DNA of 64,000 nucleotides from an uncultured Gemmatimonadales bacterium. Its GTDB lineage: Bacteria > Gemmatimonadota > Gemmatimonadetes > Longimicrobiales > RSA9. The notes under the pieces are model-generated. The model did no database searches. It worked only from the letters and a program-made list of their open reading frames with translations, and was not told where the DNA came from. The stretch lies in NCBI GenBank assembly GCA_963708135.1, contig OY970192.1, positions 3,232,001-3,296,000 on the forward strand, in the 5' to 3' direction. Below, one piece after another: positions 51,439-61,264 of this stretch; the first letter of the stretch is position 1, and every line of letters begins with the position of its first letter. A program made the position numbers and the translations under genes.

Positions 51439-53700
51439 TCACACCCCGAGGGGCACGCGGCAGGGGAGGCGCACGGTGAACGTGGAGCCGGCGCCGGGCT
51501 CGCTCACGACCGAGATGCTTCCCCCGAGCAGCCGGGCGAGGCGGGCGGCCACGCTGAGGCCGAGGCCAGTGCCCTCCTGGTGGCGGGTGCCGGGGTCCTC
51601 CACCTGCCAGAAGGGCTCGAAGATGCGGGCGAGGTGATTGCGGCGGATCCCGATTCCGGTGTCGCGGACCTCGAAGACGATGTCGTCGCCGGCATGGGAG
51701 GCCTCGAGGGAGACGGTGCCCTCGCGCGTGAACTTCACGGCGTTGTAGAGGAGGTTGAGCAGGATCTGGCGGACCTTGCCGGGATCGGTGCGGATCAGGC
51801 CGTCGCTCTGGGGGCCGTGGACGACGAAGCGCAGGCGCTTCTCCTCGGCGATCGGGCGCATGAGGCTGTCGATCTCGTCGAGGAGCACGCCCAGGTCGAC
51901 GTCCTCGGGAGCGATCTGCTCGCGGCCGGCCTCAGTGCGGGCGAAGGCGAGCACCTCGTCGATGAGGTGCAGCAGGTGGCGCGCGCTGAGGAGGATGCGC
52001 CGCAGCTGGCCCTGCTGCTTCTCGGTCACGGGGCCGGAGATGCCGGCGGTCAGGATGTCGGCATACCCCATGATGGCGGTGAGCGGCGTGCGCAGCTCGT
52101 GGCTCATGACGGCGAGGAAGTTGGCCTTGGCGCGGTCGGCCACGACGGCCTCCTCGTAGAGGCGGGCGTTGTCCACGGCCAGGGCGGCCCGGCCGGCCAG
52201 CGACTCGAGGCGCGTCCTCTCGACGGGGCCGTAGCGGCGCTCCGGATCGGTGCTGCCCGCGGTGATGGCGCCGAGCACGCGCTCGCGCGCGACGAGCGGG
52301 ATGATGGCGAGCGAGCGGAGCCCGATGTCGCGGAGCGCGGCGAGGTGGGCGTCGTCCTGCGCGAGGTCCTGGAGCACGGCGGCGTCCACCTCCGCCTGGA
52401 CCTCGGCCTTTCCGGTCGCGAGCACGCGGGCGATGGCGCCCCGGCCGCCGTGCTCGGGCACCCAGCGGCGGCGCAACTCGCGGTCGAGCGGCGCGCGCGC
52501 CGGGTCGGCGCTCGTCGCCTCCACGCGGCGCACCTCTCCCGTCTCCTCCAGGGCGTCGACCACGCACCAGTCGGCGAGGCGGGGAACGGCGAGCTCGGCC
52601 AGGGTTCGGAGCGTGCGGTCCACGTCGAGCGAGCCGGCCAGTCGGCGGCCGGCCTCCGCCAGGAAGCGGGACCAGTCCGCAGCATCCAGCGCATCGACAC
52701 GCGCGACGTGCGCCGCCTTGCGCTGCCGCTCGAGCTCGTCGACGGTGGCCTCGAGCTCCGCCGCGGCCTGCTCCAGCCGCTCCTGCTGCCGCATCCGTTC
52801 GCTCGCATCGCGGATGATGCCGGTGAACACCGGGACCCCGTCCTGCACGAAGCTGCCGAAGGAGATCTCGAGGGGGACGTGCGTACCGTCGCGGCGGAGT
52901 CCCGGCAGCTCGACACCGTCCCAGGGGATGTTGCGGCGGCCGGTCTCGATGTAGCGCCGGAACCCGCGCAGGTGGCGCTCGCGCATCTCGGGCGGCATGA
53001 GCATCGTGAGCGGCTGCCCGACCAGCTCTTCCGGGGGGTAGCCGAAGACCCGCCGCACGGCTGGGTTCACGGACAGGATGGTGCTCGAGGCGTCGATGGT
53101 GATGATGACATCCGTCGAGGTCTCGGCCAGCAGCCGGTAGCGCCGCTCGCTCGCGGCGAGCTCGTCCGCGGCGCGGCGGCGCTGGGTGAAGAGGCCGATC
53201 TGCGCCCCCACGGCGGCCATGGTCTCGAGCAGCTCAGGATCGGACTGGCGCGGCGCCTCGGTGTAGCACTCGAGCGCGCCCAGGAACTCGCCGCCGAGAG
53301 CGACCGGGAACGCGAAGCCGCTCGACAGTCCGGCGCGAGCCGCCGCGGCCGCGCGCGGGTAGTTCGGGTCGGCGGACAGGTCGGGGATCCAGGCGGGCTC
53401 TCCGGCGGCCCAGACGCGGCCGGGCAGGCCGACCCCGCGCTCGAAGGTGGACTCGCGCGTGAGGGCCTCGAACGCATCGAGCCGCGCCGCGTCCCCTCGC
53501 CGCCAGATGGAGCGCGCCACCAGCCGCGCCGGGGCTTCCTCGAGCGCCCAGTAGACGCCGACGGCCCAGCCGAGGCTCTCGGTGACCGCCTCGACCACGC
53601 CGTCCAGCATGGCCTGCACGCTTTCGGCCTCGATCAGCACCTGCGCGGCGGCGTTGTGCGCCGCCAGCCGTCGGATCGTTTCCTCTCGCTCCGAGCCCAT
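51439..53700 (-). CDS. Cytoplasmic sensor histidine kinase (GAF-PAS-GAF-HisKA-HATPase)
   Basis: [39 protein letters not shown]. Confidence 0.92.
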   Translation of the reverse strand: MGSEREETIRRLAAHNAAAQVLIEAESVQAMLDGVVEAVTESLGWAVGVYWALEEAPARLVARSIWRRGDAARLDAFEALTRESTFERGVGLPGRVWAAGEPAWIPDLSADPNYPRAAAAARAGLSSGFAFPVALGGEFLGALECYTEAPRQSDPELLETMAAVGAQIGLFTQRRRAADELAASERRYRLLAETSTDVIITIDASSTILSVNPAVRRVFGYPPEELVGQPLTMLMPPEMRERHLRGFRRYIETGRRNIPWDGVELPGLRRDGTHVPLEISFGSFVQDGVPVFTGIIRDASERMRQQERLEQAAAELEATVDELERQRKAAHVARVDALDAADWSRFLAEAGRRLAGSLDVDRTLRTLAELAVPRLADWCVVDALEETGEVRRVEATSADPARAPLDRELRRRWVPEHGGRGAIARVLATGKAEVQAEVDAAVLQDLAQDDAHLAALRDIGLRSLAIIPLVARERVLGAITAGSTDPERRYGPVERTRLESLAGRAALAVDNARLYEEAVVADRAKANFLAVMSHELRTPLTAIMGYADILTAGISGPVTEKQQGQLRRILLSARHLLHLIDEVLAFARTEAGREQIAPEDVDLGVLLDEIDSLMRPIAEEKRLRFVVHGPQSDGLIRTDPGKVRQILLNLLYNAVKFTREGTVSLEASHAGDDIVFEVRDTGIGIRRNHLARIFEPFWQVEDPGTRHQEGTGLGLSVAARLARLLGGSISVVSEPGAGSTFTVRLPCRVPLGV

Positions 53701-53801
53701 GCGAACCGTTACCCGGGATCCCCGCGCGCGGCTGAGCGGCGCGGGCTGAAAAGACGCGCAAGTCGTGTCAAGAACGCAAGGTACGTACCCGGGAGCCGGC
53801 G

Positions 53802-55130
53802 TCAGTCGGCGCCGCCGATCATGGCTTCGAGCGACTCGGGGTCCGCGGGCAGCGCGGCGCTGAGGAGCTCCGCGCCGGTGAGCGTCACGGCCAGGTCGTC
53901 CTCGATGCGGATGCCGGTGCCGCGCAGGTGCGCGGGCGCGGCCTCGGCGTCGGCGGGGATGTAGAGGCCGGGCTCGATGGTGAGGACCATCCCCGGGCGC
54001 AGCGGGACGGGCGCGCCGTCGCGGCTGTAGCCGCCCACGTCGTGGACCTCGAGGCCGAGCCAGTGGGACGTGCGGTGCGGGTACCACGCGCGGAGCGCCT
54101 GCGCCTCCTCGATCGCCTGGTCCACGGTGCCCTCGAGCAGGCCGGCGTCGATCATGCCGCCGACCAGCACCTCGAGCGCGGCGTGGTGCGCCTCCTCGAG
54201 GGTGGCGCCCGGGCGAATGGTGGCGATCGCGGCATCGCGGGCGGCGAGCACGGTCTCGTAGAGAGCGCGCTGGTCGGGGGTGAAGCCGCCGGAGACGGGG
54301 AAGGTGCGCGAGAGGTCGGCCGCGTAGAGGCCGTAGGCGGCGCCGCCGTCCACCAGCAGGAGCTCGCCCGCCTGCATGGCGCGGTCGTTGTCCACGTAGT
54401 GCAGATAGGCCGCGTTCTCGCCGGAGGCGACGATGGTCTGGAACGCGAAGCCGTCGGCGCCGCGGCCGCGGAACGCGGCCTCGAGGGCGGCCTCGACCTC
54501 GTATTCGCCGGCGCCCGGCCGGATCACGGCGGCGGCCTCGCGGAAGGAGGCGGCGCTGATGCGGGCGGCCTCGCGGATGAGCTCGAGCTCGTGGGCATCC
54601 TTGACCAGCCGCATCTCGTCGAGCACGGCGCCGGGATCGACGAGCGCCTCGGGGCCGGTGCCGGTGCGCTGGCGCGAGAGGCGGGCGCGCCTGAGCACGT
54701 CGCGCAGGATGTCGTCCACGTCGGGGCGGCCGCTCTCGAGGCGCGCGTAGAGGGTGTCCGCGCCCGCGACGAGCGAGCGCAGCCGGGCGTCCAGCTCGAC
54801 CACGGACCAGGTGGCATCGGCGCCGAAGCGCTCGGCCGCGCCCTCCACCCCGAGCCGGCGTCCGCTCCACCGCTCGCGCTCCGCGTCGCGCGGCCGCACG
54901 AACAGCGTGAACGGCTGCTCCGCCTCGGGCGCGAGCACGAGCACGGCCTCGGGCTCCGTGCACCCGGTCAGGTAGTACAGCTCGGGGGCGGGGCGGTAGC
55001 GCAGCTCGAGGTCGCGGCCCACGCGCAGCTCGGGCGCCGCGGCGATCACCATCGCGGCGCGCGGCCCCACGGCCTCCAGCGCGCGGGCGCGCCGCTCGGC
55101 GTGCGCGGACGGCGGGACGGCCCGGCTCAC
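53802..55130 (-). CDS. pepP: Xaa-Pro aminopeptidase
   Basis: YYLTG..EP, RLVKD..E, LHY, VDGG, ADLSRT, H.TSHWLGLEVHD, TIEPG, GIRIEDD; GTG overlaps the upstream stop. Confidence 0.92.
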   Translation of the reverse strand: MSRAVPPSAHAERRARALEAVGPRAAMVIAAAPELRVGRDLELRYRPAPELYYLTGCTEPEAVLVLAPEAEQPFTLFVRPRDAERERWSGRRLGVEGAAERFGADATWSVVELDARLRSLVAGADTLYARLESGRPDVDDILRDVLRRARLSRQRTGTGPEALVDPGAVLDEMRLVKDAHELELIREAARISAASFREAAAVIRPGAGEYEVEAALEAAFRGRGADGFAFQTIVASGENAAYLHYVDNDRAMQAGELLLVDGGAAYGLYAADLSRTFPVSGGFTPDQRALYETVLAARDAAIATIRPGATLEEAHHAALEVLVGGMIDAGLLEGTVDQAIEEAQALRAWYPHRTSHWLGLEVHDVGGYSRDGAPVPLRPGMVLTIEPGLYIPADAEAAPAHLRGTGIRIEDDLAVTLTGAELLSAALPADPESLEAMIGGAD

Positions 55131-55858
55131 GACGCGCCTCCCGCGCCCGGCGTGACGAGCACGGTCCAGTGGAGCCGCTCGTCGAGGCCGAGCAGCGCCT
55201 GGTAGTCGCCGGGCGAGAGGATCAGCGACACGGACTCGAAGAGCTGCAGCGTCACGAACACCTGGTCTCCTTCCGCCGCGGGAACGAACTGGGATGGCAC
55301 CCGGATCTCCTCCGGTGGCAGGCCGTCGCCGCCGATGCGGATGCTGTGCGCCGGCCCGCGCAGCTCGAGCTGCCACGTCCGGACCGTGGGCTCCGGCGTG
55401 GACCCCGGGGGCGGCGGCGCGACGTGGAAGATCACGTCGCCGCCCGCGGGGGCGCGGATCGTGTCCGGATCCAGCTTCTGCACCGTGTACCAGCGCAGCG
55501 ACGGCGGCGAGGCCTCGACCTCCGCCACGGCGGGGCCGGTGAGCGTGACGACGGCCGGGATGCTGTCGGTCTCGAGCGTCGCGTTGTAGCTGCGCTCGCC
55601 GGAGCGGTACGTGGTGGTGGGCGCGACCGGCTGCCCGAGCACCATGATGGTGTCATCGGGCACGGCGCGAAACTCGTGCGCGGCGTCGAGCCCGGGCCGG
55701 AGATCCGCCTCGAGGCTGGCCTGGTGCGGCGAGAGCAGCCGGACCGTGGCCGTGAGCAGCGCGGCGCCCGGCTTCGGCAGCGACGGGTCGACGAAGGTCA
55801 CGCAGCCGGCCAGCCCGAGGAGCGACGCCAGCGCGAGCGGGGGGAGGCGTCGCCTCAC
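55127..55858 (-). CDS. Hypothetical lipoprotein
   Basis: LLGLAGC lipobox; start and stop overlap neighbouring genes. Confidence 0.7.
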   Translation of the reverse strand: MRRRLPPLALASLLGLAGCVTFVDPSLPKPGAALLTATVRLLSPHQASLEADLRPGLDAAHEFRAVPDDTIMVLGQPVAPTTTYRSGERSYNATLETDSIPAVVTLTGPAVAEVEASPPSLRWYTVQKLDPDTIRAPAGGDVIFHVAPPPPGSTPEPTVRTWQLELRGPAHSIRIGGDGLPPEEIRVPSQFVPAAEGDQVFVTLQLFESVSLILSPGDYQALLGLDERLHWTVLVTPGAGGAS

Positions 55859-56898
55859 GGATGCTTGGCCAGATAGTCCGCCTCGACCTCCCACGGGCGG
55901 GCATCGTGGCGGCTGAAGAGCGGCCCGAGCGCCTGCAGCAGCTGCTCCGAGAGGTTCACGTCCACGCGCCGGTCCAGCCAGGCGCCGCCCGGCACGCGCG
56001 GGAGCAGCCGGTCGAGGACCGGGTCGATCACCGTGAGGAAGACGGCATCGTGCTGCAGCACGTGCACCCGCTCGTGAGCCCTCGTGCGGGTGTCGAAGAC
56101 CGGCCCCCAGACGGGCACATCGCTGACCATCACCATGCCCGGTTCCGCGAGGCCGGCGGCGTCCACGTTCTTCCCCGCCTTGATCAGCTTGTCGCGCGCC
56201 AGGAAGACGGGCACGCCCGCGGAGAGCGAGCGGCCGGCGTCGAAGCGGAGCTCCGGGCGCGTGGCGCCGTAGAGGATCCACCCCGCGGCCACCGCATCCA
56301 GGTGCGCGCGCACCCGCCACGGCGAGGCCGGCTCGACGTAGAAGTTCACCGGGCCAACCGGCAGCATCACCTTCTCCAGCAGCCCACGCCCCTCGCCCGC
56401 GTTCCGCACCATGGAGGCGCCCGTGGCCGAGAGCTCCCGCCCCAACAGCCCCGCGCCGTCGAAGCGCTGGGCCGCAACGCGCTTGCCGCCGTAGATCACC
56501 GCGCCGCCGAGCACGCCGCGGGCGAAGCCATCGCGGAACGAGCCGCCCCGCAGCAGCTGGAGGAGGCCGCCCGCCGCACCGCCGACGAGCGCGTTCACCG
56601 CGAGGTCCGAGGCCTGCCCGACCCAGTACGCGGCGCCGGGCGGCACCGGCAGCGTATCGGGCACGAAGGTCTGGATCCCCTGCGCGGCCGCTCCGCCCGG
56701 GGCCAGCACGAGCGCGGGGGCGAAGAGTGCCGGGGCGAGGAGCACGGGCGCGAGAAGCGCGGGCGGGCACGGACGGGCGGAGCGGCACCAGGCCGCAAGC
56801 ACGATCGGCAGACGCACGCCGCCGGGCGGGCCGCGACGGCGCCGGGCGCGAGCGGGACGACCCGGTCCCGGCCGCCAACGCCGCCCGGCCTCGCTCAA
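55855..56898 (-). CDS. Hypothetical exported/membrane protein with HExxH motif (start uncertain)
   Basis: Signal-like segment, Gly-rich helices, AHERVHVLQ...WEVEA. Confidence 0.65.
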   Translation of the reverse strand: MSEAGRRWRPGPGRPARARRRRGPPGGVRLPIVLAAWCRSARPCPPALLAPVLLAPALFAPALVLAPGGAAAQGIQTFVPDTLPVPPGAAYWVGQASDLAVNALVGGAAGGLLQLLRGGSFRDGFARGVLGGAVIYGGKRVAAQRFDGAGLLGRELSATGASMVRNAGEGRGLLEKVMLPVGPVNFYVEPASPWRVRAHLDAVAAGWILYGATRPELRFDAGRSLSAGVPVFLARDKLIKAGKNVDAAGLAEPGMVMVSDVPVWGPVFDTRTRAHERVHVLQHDAVFLTVIDPVLDRLLPRVPGGAWLDRRVDVNLSEQLLQALGPLFSRHDARPWEVEADYLAKHP

Positions 56899-57167
56899 TC
56901 CAGCGCCTCGCGCATGGCGGTGGTGACGTGCGGGGTGAGCTCCGCCCAGGTCGCGTCCGCCGACTTGGTCACGGTCACGAAGTCCTCGACCATGAAGATG
57001 GCGACCACGCCCTCCAGCGCGAAAAGCGCCGAGGCCAGCCGGTCGCCGGCGGCGGCGGCCGGCGTGGCGAACGAGCGCGGCCGGTTGCCCTCGACCAGCC
57101 GCCTGCTGGCGATGAACTTGGCGGCGTTCGGGTTGGGCGTCGCCTGGAATCGGATCTCCGTCGCCAT
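56895..57167 (-). CDS. NifU N-terminal (Nfu_N) domain protein
   Basis: TPNPNAAKF, LF.LEGV..IF...DFVTVTK...W; GGAGAGG RBS. Confidence 0.88.
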   Translation of the reverse strand: MATEIRFQATPNPNAAKFIASRRLVEGNRPRSFATPAAAAGDRLASALFALEGVVAIFMVEDFVTVTKSADATWAELTPHVTTAMREALD

Positions 57168-57236
57168 TCCTCTCCTCCCGGGTGTCGCGGCAGCGGAGTG
57201 CCGCGGCAGGGCGTGCGTGACTACCGGCCGGTCATG

Positions 57237-58898
57237 TCAGGGGTGCACCGGCATGGGCGGCATGGCCGGGACCGGCTGCCGGCCGCGCAGCACCTTGCCG
57301 GGCCGTGCTCCCGTGAGCGAGCCGTCGCGCAGCACGCGCACGCCGTTCACCCACACATCGTCGATGCCGACGGAGAACCGGTGCGGGTCGGCGTAGGTCG
57401 CGCGGTCCTGCACGCGGGCGGGATCGAACACGGCGAGGTCGGCCGCGAGCCCCTCGGCGATCCGGCCGCGCTCCGGCCGGCCGAAGCGCCACGCCGGCAA
57501 AGACGTCATCTTGCGCACCGCCTCCTCCAGCGTGAGCACGTGCCGGTCCCGCACGTACTCGGCCAGCACGCGGGCGTGCGCGCCGTAGTTGCGGGGGTGC
57601 GGGTGGGCGTGGCCGAGCACGCCGATGGCGCCATCCGAGGAGACCATGGTCCACGGGTAGCGCATGATGCGCTCGAGGTCCGTCTCGTCGATCACGTGCC
57701 ATACGCCGCTCGCGCCGCCGTGCGTCTGGATCTCGATGGCCAGCGCCGCGGCGAAGTCGAGCGTCGGCGCCTGCCCGCGCTCCTTCGCGATGTCGGCGAA
57801 GGTGAGCCCGTTCCACGCCGGATGGTAGGGCACGCTGGCCATCTGGATGCGCGAGAGGTCGCCGCCGCCCCGCTCCTCGACGATCGTCGCCTTGATCGAG
57901 GCGACGATGCTGTCCTTCGCCGCCGGGCGCGCCAGGCGCGCCTTCAGCGAGTCCGGCCCCCCGGCCAGCGCCCACGACGGGAACAGCACGGCGGTCGAGG
58001 TCGACGTGGCGTCGTAGGGGTACTGGTCGAGGGTGATGTCCACCCCCGCGGCGCGCGCGGAGTCCACCAGCGCCAGCGTGTTCACGCTCTCGCCCCACTG
58101 CGGCTGCCCCATCAGCTTGTGGTGCGTGATCTGTCCCGGCAGCCCGCCCTCGCGCGCGATCCGGATCAGCTCCTTCACCGCCTCGATCGAGCCCGCGCCC
58201 TCGTCGCGCATGTGCGAGCTGTACATGCCGTGGTAGCGCGCGGCCACCTTCGCCAGCGCGATCACCTCGTCCGTCGTCGCGTACGTGGCCGGCACGTAGC
58301 GCAGCCCGCTCGACAGGCCGATCGCGCCCGCGCGCATCGCCGTGTCCACCATCGCCTCCATGCGCGCCAGCTCCGCGGCCGTGGGCGCCCGGTCCGCCGT
58401 CCCCATCACCCGCTCGCGGGCCGTGTTGTGCCCCGCGAAGAACGCCGCGTTCGGCCCGATCCCCTGCTTCTCCAGCCGCGCGAGAAACGGCGCGAACGGC
58501 CATGGCATGCCGCCGTCCGCCGCGTAGATCACCGTCGTCACGCCCTGCCGGATCTCGCTCTCCACCAGCGGCCGCCGGTCGATCTGCTCGATGTGCGCGT
58601 GCGCATCGAAGAAGCCGGGCGTCACCACCCGCCCGCGCGCGTCGACCACCTCCGCCGCCAGCGCAGGGTCCAGCGGCGTGCGCGAGACCCGCGCGATCCG
58701 GCCTCCCTCGAGCGCCACGTCGGCCGCATAGCCGGGAGCGCCGGTGCCGTCGATCACCGTGCCGCCCCGGATCAGCACGTCGTAGGCAGGCGACGCGGGC
58801 GCACGCCCGCTCCCCGCCCGCGCCGCCGCCGGGCGCTGTCCCGCCGCCGGCGACGCCGCCAGGAACGCCAGCGCCAGCAGCGCCCCCGCACACCTCAC
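57237..58898 (-). CDS. N-acyl-D-amino-acid deacylase (amidohydrolase), exported
   Basis: IRGGTVIDGTG, PGFFDAHAH, SHMRDE, DQYPY, HPHPRNYG, ADLAVFDP. Confidence 0.9.
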   Translation of the reverse strand: MRCAGALLALAFLAASPAAGQRPAAARAGSGRAPASPAYDVLIRGGTVIDGTGAPGYAADVALEGGRIARVSRTPLDPALAAEVVDARGRVVTPGFFDAHAHIEQIDRRPLVESEIRQGVTTVIYAADGGMPWPFAPFLARLEKQGIGPNAAFFAGHNTARERVMGTADRAPTAAELARMEAMVDTAMRAGAIGLSSGLRYVPATYATTDEVIALAKVAARYHGMYSSHMRDEGAGSIEAVKELIRIAREGGLPGQITHHKLMGQPQWGESVNTLALVDSARAAGVDITLDQYPYDATSTSTAVLFPSWALAGGPDSLKARLARPAAKDSIVASIKATIVEERGGGDLSRIQMASVPYHPAWNGLTFADIAKERGQAPTLDFAAALAIEIQTHGGASGVWHVIDETDLERIMRYPWTMVSSDGAIGVLGHAHPHPRNYGAHARVLAEYVRDRHVLTLEEAVRKMTSLPAWRFGRPERGRIAEGLAADLAVFDPARVQDRATYADPHRFSVGIDDVWVNGVRVLRDGSLTGARPGKVLRGRQPVPAMPPMPVHP

Positions 58899-59131
58899 CA
58901 CTCGTCCGGCTCGTCCCATGGCTCCCCCCAGAAGCGGTCCTCTTCGTCCCGGATCTCCTCGAGGTCCAGCGGCTCGTCCACCTCCACCCGCCCCTGCTCC
59001 TCGATCTGCCGCAGCACGTCGTCGGTCACACCCGTACCCCGTCCGCGCCTCCGGCGCAGCAGGTCGCGCGTGAACACGAACCCCGCCGCCGCCGCCAGCG
59101 CCGCGAACAGTGCGAGGAAGATCGATCCCAA
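58895..59131 (-). CDS. Small membrane protein with acidic Trp-rich C-terminus (start uncertain)
   Basis: One TM helix then DEPLDLEEIRDEEDRFWGEPWDEPDEW; stop overlaps the next start. Confidence 0.6.
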   Translation of the reverse strand: MGSIFLALFAALAAAAGFVFTRDLLRRRRGRGTGVTDDVLRQIEEQGRVEVDEPLDLEEIRDEEDRFWGEPWDEPDEW

Positions 59132-59396
59132 GTCAGGTCGGAGTTGCGAGGAATCCAGGGTCGTGAAGCTACGTCGGCCGGCACCGGAGTCAACCGGCCG
59201 CCTCACCGCCGCGGGTGCGGGAGGCGGCCTCGCTCAATGCGGGGGAAGGCGTCCGGCGCGGCGCGGCCGGCGGCGGACACGCGGAGCGGGCGGGCACGAC
59301 TGCGCGGCGAACGAATCCGAACCCGAACCCGGGCGCGAAGCCCCGGAATCCGAACCCGGTCGTTCCCCGTGCGCCCTGCTCCGCCACCGCGCCTCT

Positions 59397-59792
59397 CTAC
59401 GCGGCAACACGGCGGAACGGGCCCTCCTCAGCGGCGCGCTGGCAGTCCAGGCAGAGCCCGGCCCAGGGGATGATGTCCAGCCGGTCGAAGGCGATCGCCC
59501 GGCCGCAGTCGCGGCACACGCCGTACGCCTTCGGGTTCCGGTACAGCGTCCGCAGCGCCTCGTCGATCTGGTAGACCAGCCGCCCCTCCTTGCTCATCAG
59601 CACGAACTCCGTCTCCTGCTCGATCGTGTCCGTCCCCTCGTCCGCGGGATGGAACGGCGTCCGCGTCAGGTCGCCATCCTCGTCCCCCGACGCCGCCCGC
59701 GCCGACTCGTCCAGCCGCACCAACGCCTGCACCGCGCGCTCCCGCTCGCGCAGAAGCCGTCGCTCCAGGTGGTCCCTCTGCTTCCGGTTCAT
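59397..59792 (-). CDS. TraR/DksA C4 zinc-finger protein
   Basis: HPADEGTD, IDEAL, YGVCRDCG..I..DRL..IPW..LC..C. Confidence 0.9.
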   Translation of the reverse strand: MNRKQRDHLERRLLRERERAVQALVRLDESARAASGDEDGDLTRTPFHPADEGTDTIEQETEFVLMSKEGRLVYQIDEALRTLYRNPKAYGVCRDCGRAIAFDRLDIIPWAGLCLDCQRAAEEGPFRRVAA

Positions 59793-59925
59793 GGGTCCCT
59801 CGCAGTCCTTCATTGATCGCGGTCTCCTGATCGCGCGCGCGGGCCCGTCCACGGGGCGTGCCGGGCGCGATCGACGGCGGATGGTAGTGGCAACAACCGT
59901 ACCGCCCAAAACATGTGTTTGAAGC

Positions 59926-61224
59926 TCAGCGCGGGATGCTGTCCCGGCCGCGGTGCGGCGTGCGCACAGCGGGGCTGTCGATGGGGTGGCCGAGGAGGTG
60001 GACGCCGGGCGGCAGCGCGGGCGAGCGGAGGCCGGCACCGGGCTGCTCGGGCGCCGCGGCGGCCACGCCTTCGGCGGGGCGGCGGAAGCGGTCGAGGGCG
60101 GCAGAGTCCGCGGCGAGGGTGTCGGGCGCGGGCGGGAAGAGGTAGGGCGTCGCGCGGGCGTGGTAGAAGCGGTCGAGCCGGGCGGCCGAGTCGGGGGACA
60201 GGCTGGCAAAGATGGCCGGGTCGAGCGGCGGCGCCGGCGGCGGCGGCAGGAGGAAGGCGGGGATGGCGAAGCGGGCCTGGCGGCGGGACTCGAAGCGGCC
60301 GTCGCCGTCGGGGTCCCACATCTCGAGGTCCACGGTGCTGTCGCCGTCGAGGTCGAAGAGGTACTTGCGGGGCTTGCGATCGACGAAGAGGACGAGGAAC
60401 CGGCCGCCGTTCCCGGTGCGCCAGACTTGGGTGCTGACGACGAGGGGGTCCTCGGGGGCGCCGCACCGGGCCGTGGCGGTGCCGGCGAAGCGGAGCGTCC
60501 CCATCTGGGGCAGCGGCTGCCCGGCGTTGGCGACGTCGGTGTCGAAGATTGGCGGCGTGGGCGCCGCGTGGGCGCGCACCAGGCTGCTGTCGATGCGGAT
60601 GTCGAGAAGCCCGGTCTGGCGCCCGCGCAGATCGGCTCCGACGAAGGAGTAGAACATCTCGATGTTGGCGAGCAGGCCGGCATCGGGCGGCGTGGCCGGG
60701 ATGAAGTCGGGGACGGAGTCGGCGCCGGCCACGCAGTAGAGCGCGGGCACGACGGGCTCGAGCCAGAGGGTGTCGAGGCCGGGCGGCACGACCGGCAGGC
60801 GGCCGGGCTCGAGGGTGGTCCGGAGGCCGGCGGCCACGGTGTAGCGGACGAGCGGGCTGGTGGGTGAGAATCGGTGCGGCAGCTCCTGTCCATCGCTGGT
60901 GAGCAGGCGGTAGCGCCCGGGGACGCTCAGCTCGAGCGAGCTCGGCGTGGCGGGGCTGCTGCCGGTGTTGAGGAGCGCGAGGACGAGCGGCACGCGGGCG
61001 GTGGCGCCGTAGCTGCCGGTGAAGCTGGTGTCCGCCCACTGGAGCGGGATGCGGGCGGTGTCCTGGAAGCGGCCGCTGGCGTCCAGCGCGACGAGCGCGA
61101 GCGCGGGCCGGACCCCGGCGTGGGGCAGGAGGACGTAGACGCCGGCAAGGATCCCGAGGACGACGAGTACCACGCCGATGCGCCGCTGGATGCGGGCTCC
61201 GATTCGCGTCGCTATGGGCTGCAT
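59926..61224 (-). CDS. Hypothetical membrane-anchored protein
   Basis: GGAGG RBS, N-terminal TM helix, DLDGD/DPDGDG loops. Confidence 0.7.
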   Translation of the reverse strand: MQPIATRIGARIQRRIGVVLVVLGILAGVYVLLPHAGVRPALALVALDASGRFQDTARIPLQWADTSFTGSYGATARVPLVLALLNTGSSPATPSSLELSVPGRYRLLTSDGQELPHRFSPTSPLVRYTVAAGLRTTLEPGRLPVVPPGLDTLWLEPVVPALYCVAGADSVPDFIPATPPDAGLLANIEMFYSFVGADLRGRQTGLLDIRIDSSLVRAHAAPTPPIFDTDVANAGQPLPQMGTLRFAGTATARCGAPEDPLVVSTQVWRTGNGGRFLVLFVDRKPRKYLFDLDGDSTVDLEMWDPDGDGRFESRRQARFAIPAFLLPPPPAPPLDPAIFASLSPDSAARLDRFYHARATPYLFPPAPDTLAADSAALDRFRRPAEGVAAAAPEQPGAGLRSPALPPGVHLLGHPIDSPAVRTPHRGRDSIPR

Positions 61225-61264
61225 TCGCCCTCCGCGCGGTGCACGGCCCGTGCCGGGCGTGGCG

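Noticed and set aside
59313..59360. AATCCGAACCCG duplicated tract
   Set aside because: Too short to link confidently to the repeat families
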